Below, piece after piece: positions 10,076 to 18,753 of a DNA stretch of 51,530 nt. Under the pieces are notes generated by a model. The model had not been told where the DNA came from, did no database searches, and saw only the letters and a program-made list of their open reading frames with translations. This stretch comes from a virus (taxonomy: Duplodnaviria > Caudoviricetes): the IMG/VR virus record IMGVR_UViG_3300015360_000058, positions 1 to 51,530 of that record, one strand, 5' to 3'. Position numbers and translations under genes: made by a program. The first letter of the stretch is position 1. Every line of letters starts with the position of its first letter.

Positions 10076-12079
10076 ATGGGTACTATCGTCGGTCGCGAAC
10101 AACTAGACCATCCTACACTTGGATCGGCTGGGGGATCTGCTCTTTTAACTTCTATTGAAACGATATACACAAATATCGGCAACGACATGCCGGGTCGTTT
10201 CAGAACTTACGCGGCTATTGCCAACAGTACGGTGACGACCGTTACCCACAATTTCGGCGTACAGTTTGCAGACCTTAATGTTTACATCTACACGGGTGCG
10301 CATCCCACCTTGACGCGCGTCGCTAATCCGGCGGCCTCTGGCTGGACGATCATAGCTAACGTGACAAACCCTAGAACTCAAATCGACGTGACGGCGCCCG
10401 TTTCTGGCGGCCCGCATACGTTCGCAGTTTTTATCGTACACGGCTCTTTAAGCCTCGACGACCTGACCGATGTCGACCTTACGACCGCGCCGCAAGACGG
10501 CCAAGCACTTGTCTATAACAGCGCGGGGACGCAGTGGAAGCCGGGCGCTTCGGGCGACGCCTCGTTTAAAGTGCAGTCGGTAGCGACACCGAACGCGTCT
10601 ATTAAAGGCGGCTATCTTTTAATCGACGACGGAAGAGAACTCGGCACGTATGACGGAGCAGGTTCGGCGTCAACGGACTTCGGTACAGACCTAACCGTAT
10701 CGTTGACCACGATCCTCGGCGGCGCTCCTGCTAACGCTACGGCTTACTACCTTTACCTAGACCTTAACTCGCTCGGCGCAGCGACGACGCAGAGCGATAC
10801 TGGCCGCGCGGTTTACCCCGTGACAGTAGCTAACTTTGTACTGTCTACCGTGTCCCCAGAGTTTTCCGATATGAGTCGGTTTGTACCGCGCGCGGTGATT
10901 AAGTCGGCAACCTCAGGCACGGTCTGGAGCGGCGCAGGTGCGGGCTTTTCGACGCTGGCTTTTCTCGGCGGCCAAACCGTGGACGCTAAACTAAAATCTT
11001 CGATGACTCTTAACTACATCGACAACCCGACACCAGAGCGGTCTATCGGCCTAGCTATCACGTATGCAGACGCGGCGGCGGCAACACCAGTCGACGCAAC
11101 GGGCGGCACGGCTAACGTTACCTTTACGCGTAACACGACGACACCAATTCGCGGCACGGCAGATTATAAGTTTTCTAAAGACGCGGTAAACCGGCAAGGA
11201 CAAGGGGCATCAATTCCTTTCACTATTCCCGCTACGGATAAAAATGTTACTGCTAGGATAAAGTTTCGCTTTAACGCTTCGGCAGCTAACTACGCTTCAG
11301 GGGACTTGTCGGTATATATCTATGACGTGACAAACTCCGTTCTTATCTCACCAAGACAAATCGCGTTACCCCAAGCCACGATGAATTTTGAAACGTCTTT
11401 CGACCTAGCAAGCGGCACTAGTTACCGGTTAGCCCTGCACGTTGCTTCTGTTAGTGCTTTGGCTTACGACGTGTTTTTAGATGATTTTAGAGTCGACATG
11501 GAGCGCTTGCCTCAAGGTGCGGTTGTTACAGCGCCACAAGCGTACACACCTACTTTCACAGGCTTTGGGACGGTTACAAATATCGGAGTGAACTATGCTA
11601 GGAGCGGTTCAAGGCTTAAGATTTGGGGTGCTTTTAAAACGGGAACACCTACAGGTGTACTTGCAAAAATGTCTCTGCCGACAGGTTTGACAATTAATTC
11701 TGTCTTTCATACTACGTCTCAAAATACAGTCGGTATTTTAGTGGGAAATGGTCCAACAAGTGTGGTTGCCTACTCTCAGGCGCAGACAGTTCTTATGGCG
11801 CTGTTTGATGCAGCGGACAATACCGCCGTTTATTTCGCGAGTAATACCGACACCACAGCTAATGATAGGGTGGCTATTTCTCAGAACGGCGGCACTATAT
11901 TTAACGCAAATAGTCGGGTAGCAATTAAGGAAATCGAAGTAGAAATTGCTGAGTGGGCTGGTTCGGGGACTCTAAGCACAGGGCAAAATGATGTTGAGTA
12001 TGAAGCATCTACTACAGGCACTTGGGACGCCGCCGCTGCCGCAGCTAACTCTGTGTACGGACCAGCCGGAGAACCATAA
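10076..12079 (+). CDS. Tail fibre / receptor-binding protein, N-terminal part
   Basis: Thr/Ala/Gly-rich; LDDLTDVD...DGQALVYN...QWKPG fibre motif; ends at an apparent frameshift. Confidence 0.75.
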   Translation: MGTIVGREQLDHPTLGSAGGSALLTSIETIYTNIGNDMPGRFRTYAAIANSTVTTVTHNFGVQFADLNVYIYTGAHPTLTRVANPAASGWTIIANVTNPRTQIDVTAPVSGGPHTFAVFIVHGSLSLDDLTDVDLTTAPQDGQALVYNSAGTQWKPGASGDASFKVQSVATPNASIKGGYLLIDDGRELGTYDGAGSASTDFGTDLTVSLTTILGGAPANATAYYLYLDLNSLGAATTQSDTGRAVYPVTVANFVLSTVSPEFSDMSRFVPRAVIKSATSGTVWSGAGAGFSTLAFLGGQTVDAKLKSSMTLNYIDNPTPERSIGLAITYADAAAATPVDATGGTANVTFTRNTTTPIRGTADYKFSKDAVNRQGQGASIPFTIPATDKNVTARIKFRFNASAANYASGDLSVYIYDVTNSVLISPRQIALPQATMNFETSFDLASGTSYRLALHVASVSALAYDVFLDDFRVDMERLPQGAVVTAPQAYTPTFTGFGTVTNIGVNYARSGSRLKIWGAFKTGTPTGVLAKMSLPTGLTINSVFHTTSQNTVGILVGNGPTSVVAYSQAQTVLMALFDAADNTAVYFASNTDTTANDRVAISQNGGTIFNANSRVAIKEIEVEIAEWAGSGTLSTGQNDVEYEASTTGTWDAAAAAANSVYGPAGEP

Positions 12080-12888
12080 CAGGCTCACTAGGAGCAGCAA
12101 GAACTAAAGTAGTCAGGTTCCTTTCGCCGATTCAAGCCTCAGATCGAGTGTTCCTACAATTTTCAGAAGACCAAATTACTTGGCTCGCAGTTGGACAACA
12201 GTTTGGTGCTGAAGAATATGTGAATTTTGCAACCAATGATTCTGTAAATTACGGCGTCAAACTAGACCGTGGCTCTGTCAATACAACAGATGTAGATGTC
12301 ATATTTGCCGCATCTTGCAATCGGTTCACAGGTTCCGGCGGTGGTAATAGAAACTGGCAATCAGGAACATTTTGGAGACTCGTAAAAGAAAGAGCTGGAG
12401 TAGCGGTTGGGTTTGGCGCAGCAACGGCGACCGAATCAGGGCTTGTTAAAGGCGGAAAGGTTCCTGGTGACTCAACCGGAACGGCAATTGCTATCGGTAA
12501 CATCGGACATACTACCAACTACACTAGAACGACGGCGATAACCGTAGCTACTACAACGCCCACTGTAATCAAGTCCTTTACGGGAATTAAAAAAGGCACA
12601 TTCTTATTCTCCATGTCAGTCACAGGTTACTGTGCGGCCCCATATATAGCTGAATTTAGATTTAGAAAAGTCACTGGGGCTGTCTTAGTCAAGAACCAAG
12701 TGCAAGTTATCATAGCAAGCGGTGCAACATTTAACTGGGCATTCCCTTTCGTGTGTGAAGCGGACCAAGACTACGAAATCACTGTACACACTAGCGCAGG
12801 CAATTCGATTACTTTAGAAGGTGACGCTGTAAATTACAGCGGTGCGGCATACGCAGGACATTTTTACGACATTACAAGAATCGGCTAA
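12076..12888 (+). CDS. Tail fibre C-terminal part (-1 frame continuation of 10076..12079)
   Basis: Frame of ORF 12148..12888 is open back through 12076 (ITGSLGAARTKVVRFLSPIQASDRVFLQF); no clear RBS at GTG 12148. Confidence 0.65.
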   Translation: MTGSLGAARTKVVRFLSPIQASDRVFLQFSEDQITWLAVGQQFGAEEYVNFATNDSVNYGVKLDRGSVNTTDVDVIFAASCNRFTGSGGGNRNWQSGTFWRLVKERAGVAVGFGAATATESGLVKGGKVPGDSTGTAIAIGNIGHTTNYTRTTAITVATTTPTVIKSFTGIKKGTFLFSMSVTGYCAAPYIAEFRFRKVTGAVLVKNQVQVIIASGATFNWAFPFVCEADQDYEITVHTSAGNSITLEGDAVNYSGAAYAGHFYDITRIG

Positions 12889-12913
12889 CCTTCAAACCAA
12901 CGCGGGCGCACTA

Positions 12914-13780
12914 ATGAAATACCTACTCGCAATCATGCTTCTCGTTTCGTGTAAAAAACACGCGCAGGTTGATCCTCGTGAAAAGAACGAGACGATTGCG
13001 AGTAAAGCAGAACTTTATAAGTCGCTTCACAAAGGGTGGGCGCACGACAAGTGCGACTCCCTTGGTTTCACCGCACTTTGTAAACTGTCGGGCGGCTGCG
13101 CCGAGGCCAACGTATTCGACGCCGAGGGAGAACCTGGGCGTTGGTACAGGTCGCCAGAAAAAGACTGTTTAGACAAGGGGGAAAGCAGGTCGGACATTTC
13201 GAAGGATATGTTCGTCATGCTTTTTCCTTACCTTTGGAACGCACATGACAAAGACGCAATGGTTCGTATTCAAGCCTACGGCAGAGCCAACAACTGGATG
13301 ATGGGCCGACACGACGGATCTCTCGACGGCTTGTCGAGCGTGTTCATGGTGCCGGGTCTTTCTCTTTTCCTCGGCGAGATGATTAGCGGCGTAAGAACCG
13401 ACCAATCCGATATCCCGGTTAACAGCGGGTTTGCTGCGCATCTTGACGTGATTTTTTGGATTACTCAAGCCATGGTCAGAGGCGAAATAACGACCCTCAA
13501 CTACGAGCGCCTACGCGTCATGACGGAAAGACAACCGCGCAACGCGTTGTTTCAGGCGGCCTATCACCGATTTAAAGACGGCGACATGACCAAGGCTATC
13601 GCAATTCTATTAGACGAAGGTTTATTCCCCTCAGACCGCCTTCCGACGCAGTCCGACCGGTGCGAAGAGTATCTGTGGCAGCGTGACGACAAGCCAAAAG
13701 ACTGGGACCCTTGCCTCGGAGAAAAAGTACACGACGGCGTAGATTTTCTATTTGCTGCGCGGGTGGCAGGGCAACTTTAA
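12914..13780 (+). CDS. Putative lipoprotein of unknown function
   Basis: MKYLLAIMLLVSC lipobox-type signal peptide; helical body with several Cys. Confidence 0.6.
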   Translation: MKYLLAIMLLVSCKKHAQVDPREKNETIASKAELYKSLHKGWAHDKCDSLGFTALCKLSGGCAEANVFDAEGEPGRWYRSPEKDCLDKGESRSDISKDMFVMLFPYLWNAHDKDAMVRIQAYGRANNWMMGRHDGSLDGLSSVFMVPGLSLFLGEMISGVRTDQSDIPVNSGFAAHLDVIFWITQAMVRGEITTLNYERLRVMTERQPRNALFQAAYHRFKDGDMTKAIAILLDEGLFPSDRLPTQSDRCEEYLWQRDDKPKDWDPCLGEKVHDGVDFLFAARVAGQL

Positions 13781-13801
13781 AAGTTAAACGGAGGGTCTGA
13801 C

Positions 13802-14068
13802 ATGCAGGTTCGAGGACTCGACATCGACGACCTTTTTTTAATTTATTACTTTGGCAGCGGTATGTCGCTTATCCAATCGGCGCGAAAGCTCAACCTATCT
13901 TCGCCTGCCATTACGCACCGCTTTCATAAAATAGAAAACTGTCTTGGCGTTACGGTCGTCCTGCGAGCTGGTAAGCATAGGTCTTTAACGCCGGAAGGTG
14001 TTAAACTTTACCTAGCAATTACTCAGATTATAAAGATTCTAAACGAACTTGATTTAAGGATCACGTGA
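13802..14068 (+). CDS. LysR-type helix-turn-helix protein (DNA-binding domain only)
   Basis: SLIQSARKLNLSSPAITHRFHKIENCLGV...R...LTPEG matches LysR HTH_1 consensus; only 88 aa. Confidence 0.8.
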   Translation: MQVRGLDIDDLFLIYYFGSGMSLIQSARKLNLSSPAITHRFHKIENCLGVTVVLRAGKHRSLTPEGVKLYLAITQIIKILNELDLRIT

Positions 14069-14069
14069 G

Positions 14070-14309
14070 ATGACCTTTCAAGAACTTTTCCCTATCCTCT
14101 CAGATATCGCGATGCCGGCCCTTGTGGGAATCATCGGCCTCGGCGTATCATTTATCAGAGACATGGCAAAAAACGTTCAAACTATGACGGTCTCCGTCCA
14201 AGAGTTGAACTTAAAGATGGGCCGCGCCAACGAAACCCTCGGGGATCACGAAGCGCGCCTACGTGTCGTCGAGCGTATGAAGACTACATCCACCACGAAA
14301 AGGAAGTAA
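14070..14309 (+). CDS. Putative holin / small membrane protein with coiled coil
   Basis: One N-terminal TM segment, coiled coil ending DHEARLRVVE, basic tail; upstream of endolysin. Confidence 0.5.
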   Translation: MTFQELFPILSDIAMPALVGIIGLGVSFIRDMAKNVQTMTVSVQELNLKMGRANETLGDHEARLRVVERMKTTSTTKRK

Positions 14310-14314
14310 CACCC

Positions 14315-14629
14315 ATGACTGAGATCGTCCTACCCGTCGCTATCGTAACCGCCGAAGAGTCTGCCAACGTTGGAACTAAGGAAACTTTGGAGCTTATCAA
14401 GCTCCTTCAAGTTACTGCCGACGTCTACAAGGCGGCCAAAGCCGACGGAACTATCAACTACGCAGACCTCACGAAACTCGGCCCGATGATTGTCGCCCTA
14501 CGCGACGGCCTCGGCGGGGTTGCCGGCATCGCTGCAGAACTTAAAGACCTCGACGCTGCCGAGGCCTCGGAAGTTACGGAGAAACTAGTGGCAGCTTTAG
14601 TCGCTATGGTTGCCGCCGTCGTTTCGTAA
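14315..14629 (+). CDS. Hypothetical protein in lysis cassette
   Basis: Helical 104 aa ORF with RBS; ADGTINYADL motif. Confidence 0.5.
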   Translation: MTEIVLPVAIVTAEESANVGTKETLELIKLLQVTADVYKAAKADGTINYADLTKLGPMIVALRDGLGGVAGIAAELKDLDAAEASEVTEKLVAALVAMVAAVVS

Positions 14630-14660
14630 CGGTCCCTCCCTATTGGAAAGTTGTTATGCC

Positions 14661-15266
14661 ATGGCGAAACTCTATCCCAAAGTTGTGACGGTTTTTCGTC
14701 CGGCGATTTTATCGCGCGGCCCTTGGCCCTCCGGTAAGCCGGTCGGTGTAACGGTCCACCACTCAGCCGACCGCGACCTCGCGCAGGTTGAGGCTTACGG
14801 CGCAGCTGAAAAAATTGGCTACCACATTATTATCGACCGCGACGGGAGCGCTCACCAGACGGCTCACCTCGACGCGTGCGTTGCCCATGCTGGGAAAGCG
14901 TCATGGAACAAGGTGTCGCCTAACCGCGGTCACGTTGCCGTCTGCGTGCTGTCATGGGGTCGCGTTAAAAGAGAGGGCGACAAGTTCACGACGTGGACGA
15001 CCGAAGAGCTGCCGCACGACCAGATTGCTCACCGACAGGGCGGCTACTGGGACGAGGCGACGGAGATCCAAGAGTTGGCCCTTTGGGATTGCTTGGAGTG
15101 GCTCTGCCGCGAGTTCGGCATCTTACCTGATAACGTCTGTGGTCACGACGAATGCGCGCTCCCGAAGGGTCGCAAGGACGATCCGGGCGGGGTCCTGTCT
15201 TTGACGATGACCGAGGTGCGCGCGTATTTGACCAGAACAATTGACCCTCAACGTCAAAAAATATAA
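14661..15266 (+). CDS. Endolysin, N-acetylmuramoyl-L-alanine amidase (Amidase_2)
   Basis: VTVHHSA, GYHIIIDRDG, AHAG, GHDE...RKDDPG zinc amidase motifs. Confidence 0.88.
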   Translation: MAKLYPKVVTVFRPAILSRGPWPSGKPVGVTVHHSADRDLAQVEAYGAAEKIGYHIIIDRDGSAHQTAHLDACVAHAGKASWNKVSPNRGHVAVCVLSWGRVKREGDKFTTWTTEELPHDQIAHRQGGYWDEATEIQELALWDCLEWLCREFGILPDNVCGHDECALPKGRKDDPGGVLSLTMTEVRAYLTRTIDPQRQKI

Positions 15267-15292
15267 CATATTAATTATTGATTTTTTAAAAA

Positions 15293-15736
15293 ATGGTGAA
15301 ATTTATGATTACCTGTTCAAGGCGCATACAATTCTGCTCTGGTCATAGAGTTCTTAACCATGAATCAAAGTGTGCAAATCCTCATGGTCATAACTACGTT
15401 ATGTGGATTCACGCTAGAGCACCCTCATTAGACGGTATAGGAAGAGTTATCGACTTCTCGGTTCTTAAAGCAACCGTTGGAGAATGGGTTATTGATAACT
15501 GGGATCATACGTTTATCGCTAACGATCAAGATATAGATCTGATCAATGCAATTAAACCGTTCCATAAGAATAAAAAAATATGGGAAGCGCCATTTAACCC
15601 AACCGCTGAAAATATGGCTGAATATATTCTAAAAACTGTTTGTCCAATTGTTTTAAAAAACTCTGGAGTAGAAGTTTTTCACATCGAACTCTTTGAAACG
15701 GAGAACTGCAAAGCAGATGCAATATTACATCAATGA
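15293..15736 (+). CDS. queD: 6-carboxy-5,6,7,8-tetrahydropterin synthase
   Basis: F.SGHR, KCANPHGHNY, IDFS, WDH, PTAENMA, ETENC motifs. Confidence 0.93.
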   Translation: MVKFMITCSRRIQFCSGHRVLNHESKCANPHGHNYVMWIHARAPSLDGIGRVIDFSVLKATVGEWVIDNWDHTFIANDQDIDLINAIKPFHKNKKIWEAPFNPTAENMAEYILKTVCPIVLKNSGVEVFHIELFETENCKADAILHQ

Positions 15737-16304
15737 TTTATTCTGGACGGTTCAAGGAGAGGGCTTTCACGCTGGCCGACGTGCATTATTTGTTAGAATG
15801 CCTTACTGCAATCTCGCTTGTTCGTGGTGTGATACTTCGTTTAACTCATATCAAAAAATTGAAGTTGATGAATTTCAAAAAATAGCAACCAGCGAAAGCG
15901 CAAAGTTTGCAGTCATCACGGGCGGTGAACCTATGATGAACAGGCACACTCCTATCATTGTTGCTCATCTTAAGAATCTAGGCTTTGAAATAGCTTGCGA
16001 GACAAATGGAACCTTTCCAATCGTTCCAGGAATTGATTACCCTACGTGCTCACCGAAGAGGGATGCAGACTACTTTATCCATCCAGACGCCTTGCCGGTG
16101 GTAAAAGAATTTAAATACGTTGTAGACGAAGGGTTTGATTTCTCGATCCTTGAAAAACACGCTGTTGATGACGGCCGAAGATATAGCCTGTCTCCTGAGT
16201 TTGGCAATATGCAAGCCTCTGTAGAGAAGATTATTGAATATATTAAAGGCAATCCACAGTGGCGGCTGAACTTGCAGACTCATAAATGGATCGGGGCAAA
16301 ATAA
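15717..16304 (+). CDS. queE: 7-carboxy-7-deazaguanine synthase (radical SAM)
   Basis: F.TVQGEG..AG, CNLACSWCDT (CxxxCxxC), TGGEP, ETNGT, SPK, QTHK. Confidence 0.94.
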   Translation: MQYYINDLFWTVQGEGFHAGRRALFVRMPYCNLACSWCDTSFNSYQKIEVDEFQKIATSESAKFAVITGGEPMMNRHTPIIVAHLKNLGFEIACETNGTFPIVPGIDYPTCSPKRDADYFIHPDALPVVKEFKYVVDEGFDFSILEKHAVDDGRRYSLSPEFGNMQASVEKIIEYIKGNPQWRLNLQTHKWIGAK

Positions 16305-16849
16305 TGTCAGAAGAATTAATAGCTCAAATTATAAATCTTGTTGGTGATGATAGTAGTAGAGAAGGTGTTCTTGACACTCCGAAGAGGGTGATAAAATCTT
16401 GGAAAGAGTTATATTCAGGATATAAACAAGACCCTAATATCATTCTTGAAAGAGTTTTTACAGACGAGTCCTACGATCAAATGATCGTGTTAAAAGATAT
16501 CGACTTCTACTCAACATGTGAACACCATATGCAACCCTTTTTTGGCAAGGTACATATTGCCTACATCCCGAATAATAATAAGGTTGTGGGTCTATCTAAG
16601 CTCGCGCGGTTAGTGGAATGCTTTAGTCGCCGCCTTCAAATACAGGAAAGAATGACGCAGCAAATAGCGCAAACTTTTTTTGATATTGTTAAACCAAAAG
16701 GCGTTGGCGTTGTTGTTGAAGGAAAGCATTTTTGTATGGTTGCAAGAGGCGTCCAAAAACAAAATGGCGTAATGAAGACTAGCGCGTTAAAAGGGTTGTT
16801 TAAAGAGGACCCCGATTGTAGGAATGAATTTTTAAAGGCAATCAGTTAA
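16304..16849 (+). CDS. folE: GTP cyclohydrolase I
   Basis: TPKRV, CEHH, GLSKLAR, QIQERMT, HFCMVARG motifs. Confidence 0.96.
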   Translation: MSEELIAQIINLVGDDSSREGVLDTPKRVIKSWKELYSGYKQDPNIILERVFTDESYDQMIVLKDIDFYSTCEHHMQPFFGKVHIAYIPNNNKVVGLSKLARLVECFSRRLQIQERMTQQIAQTFFDIVKPKGVGVVVEGKHFCMVARGVQKQNGVMKTSALKGLFKEDPDCRNEFLKAIS

Positions 16850-17190
16850 TGAATAAAAAATTCATAGTAGTTCGATGGCAGTTTGCAGGATTTCATGCTT
16901 ATGAAAATGCTCCTGAGCAGGTAAGTTTTCTTAAGACAACGCACAGGCATTTGTTTAAATGCTCTGCCAAGATTGAAGTTAAACACGATAACCGTGAGCT
17001 TGAATTTTTTATGGTTCAAACAGATTTAACCAACGTGTTTAAAGCCGGCAATCACGATAACAAATCATGCGAAATGATAGCTGAAAACATACTGTCGTAT
17101 ATTGAAAATCGGTACGGGTATGATCGTAAAATAGAAATAGAAGTATCGGAAGATGGCGAAAATTCTGCCGTCGTTGAAAATGCATTATGA
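16849..17190 (+). CDS. dpdL: T-fold QueD paralog, DpdL-like 7-carboxy-7-deazaguanine decarboxylase
   Basis: GFH, LKTTHRHLF (LxxxHRHxF), ELEF, SCEMIA, VSEDGEN; embedded in the deazaguanine operon. Confidence 0.7.
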   Translation: MNKKFIVVRWQFAGFHAYENAPEQVSFLKTTHRHLFKCSAKIEVKHDNRELEFFMVQTDLTNVFKAGNHDNKSCEMIAENILSYIENRYGYDRKIEIEVSEDGENSAVVENAL

Positions 17191-18068
17191 AGATTTTTTT
17201 GGCTGGATGCGAAGTGTTACATCAATTTGATGCGTGTACTAGTGTTAATATAAAAAATGTACTTATTTCTTATTACCATGTAAAAAAAACAGAAGACTTT
17301 TCTAAAAAAATCATTAATAGGCTAGAACAAATAGACAATCTTATTTGTGACTCTGGCTTGTTTACATTAATGTTTGGCGCTGGCAAGGGTGCAACACACA
17401 CACTATCAAGCATGAAAAAATATACTGTCGACTATATAAAGTATGCGAAAACAATTGATCATAAAAAAGTTACATTTGTTGAATCAGATGTTCATAAATT
17501 ACTCGGTATGGGCGCGGTGTTTGAACTGAGAAAAATGTTTGAAGATTCAGGCCTTAAAGTAATTTATACTTGGCATATTGAAGAAGGAATCGAAGGCCTT
17601 TACCGTCTGGCAGAAAAATATGAATATATAGCTATCTCGGTTCCTGAACTAAGAGTCTTGTTTACAGGCAAGAAAATGAGATATCAGGACGGCGTGAAAG
17701 ACCTTTTAAAGAAAATAAGAACCAACGTAAAAAGCTACCCAAAGATTCACTTGCTCGGCAATACCATCCAAGAAACAATGGAAACAAACTTAGCCTATTC
17801 TTGTGACTCAACCTCTTATCTCTCAGGAGTCAAATACGGAAATTGCGTTGTTTATAAAGACGGCAAACTTTCTCAAGCGCACATTCGTTCAACTGAAATA
17901 ACTGAGCGAATTTTAAAACTTGAAAACATGCTGCCCGGTATAAGTAAGATTATACAGGATCATTCCATGAAAAATAAAATGTGGTTTAAACAAGTCGCTA
18001 TCTCTGCACATGCTTATTCTCAATACCAAAACTATCTCGATAGAAATTATAAATTTATAGGCGGTTGA
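17187..18068 (+). CDS. dpdA: DpdA-like (TGT-fold) 7-deazaguanine DNA-modification enzyme
   Basis: DSGLFT, IHLLG and SCDSTSY motifs of TGT/DpdA barrels; operonic with folE/queD/queE. Confidence 0.75.
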   Translation: MKIFLAGCEVLHQFDACTSVNIKNVLISYYHVKKTEDFSKKIINRLEQIDNLICDSGLFTLMFGAGKGATHTLSSMKKYTVDYIKYAKTIDHKKVTFVESDVHKLLGMGAVFELRKMFEDSGLKVIYTWHIEEGIEGLYRLAEKYEYIAISVPELRVLFTGKKMRYQDGVKDLLKKIRTNVKSYPKIHLLGNTIQETMETNLAYSCDSTSYLSGVKYGNCVVYKDGKLSQAHIRSTEITERILKLENMLPGISKIIQDHSMKNKMWFKQVAISAHAYSQYQNYLDRNYKFIGG

Positions 18069-18069
18069 T

Positions 18070-18753
18070 ATGGATATTAGAATTAATTATGAAATAGTTT
18101 CTATAGATCGTGTAAAGCCAAACGCTTGGAATCCAAATATACAAACCGATTTCATATTCGAACATGAAATAAAGTCTATTAAAAAACACGGATTCATTGC
18201 GCCCATTATCGTTAGGGAGTTAGACAACGGCACGCTTGAAATTGTTGACGGAGAGCATCGTTACAAGGCGGCACTTAAATTAGGCTCTGACAAAATAGCG
18301 GTTAATAATTTAGGCAAGATTGATATTAAAGACTCAAAAGCGCTAACCGTTATTATGAACGAAGTTAGAGGCAAGGCAGATACTTTTAAAATGGGCGAGT
18401 TGATTAAAGACCTAAACAATTCTTTTGGCATGGACTTTATTTTAGATTCGATGCCAATGACTGAGATAGAAATAAACAACATGTTGGGCAATGCCTCAAT
18501 CGACTGGGACGCGGTTACACCTGATTCAACTAATTCAAGTGATTCAACTAACAACCCAGCACCACCAAAAGACGCTGAACATTCAACATTGTCTTTTCAC
18601 GTGCCAGCGTATATTGCCGAACAATTTAACGAGCAGCTGCAAAGGTTTAAAACGCTTCTGTTTCCTGATGACATCAACGTGCAGGACACAATGCCATTGC
18701 AAGCAATGATTGAAATATTACGCATAACGCCAGACGAGGATATAATTGATTAA
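18070..18753 (+). CDS. ParB/Srx-like N-terminal domain protein
   Basis: PNAWNPN, SIKKHGF..PIIVR, IVDGEHRYKA motifs. Confidence 0.85.
   Translation: MDIRINYEIVSIDRVKPNAWNPNIQTDFIFEHEIKSIKKHGFIAPIIVRELDNGTLEIVDGEHRYKAALKLGSDKIAVNNLGKIDIKDSKALTVIMNEVRGKADTFKMGELIKDLNNSFGMDFILDSMPMTEIEINNMLGNASIDWDAVTPDSTNSSDSTNNPAPPKDAEHSTLSFHVPAYIAEQFNEQLQRFKTLLFPDDINVQDTMPLQAMIEILRITPDEDIID

Noticed and set aside
10076-12888. Diversity-generating retroelement acting on the tail fibre
   Set aside because: No reverse transcriptase and no template/variable repeat pair found
15293-16849. Auxiliary metabolic genes for host folate or tRNA queuosine synthesis
   Set aside because: Linkage to dpdA-like and dpdL-like genes points to DNA modification; queC, queF and queA are absent
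18070-18753. ParABS plasmid-prophage partition system
   Set aside because: No ParA and no HTH or parS array; the gene is embedded in the deazaguanine operon
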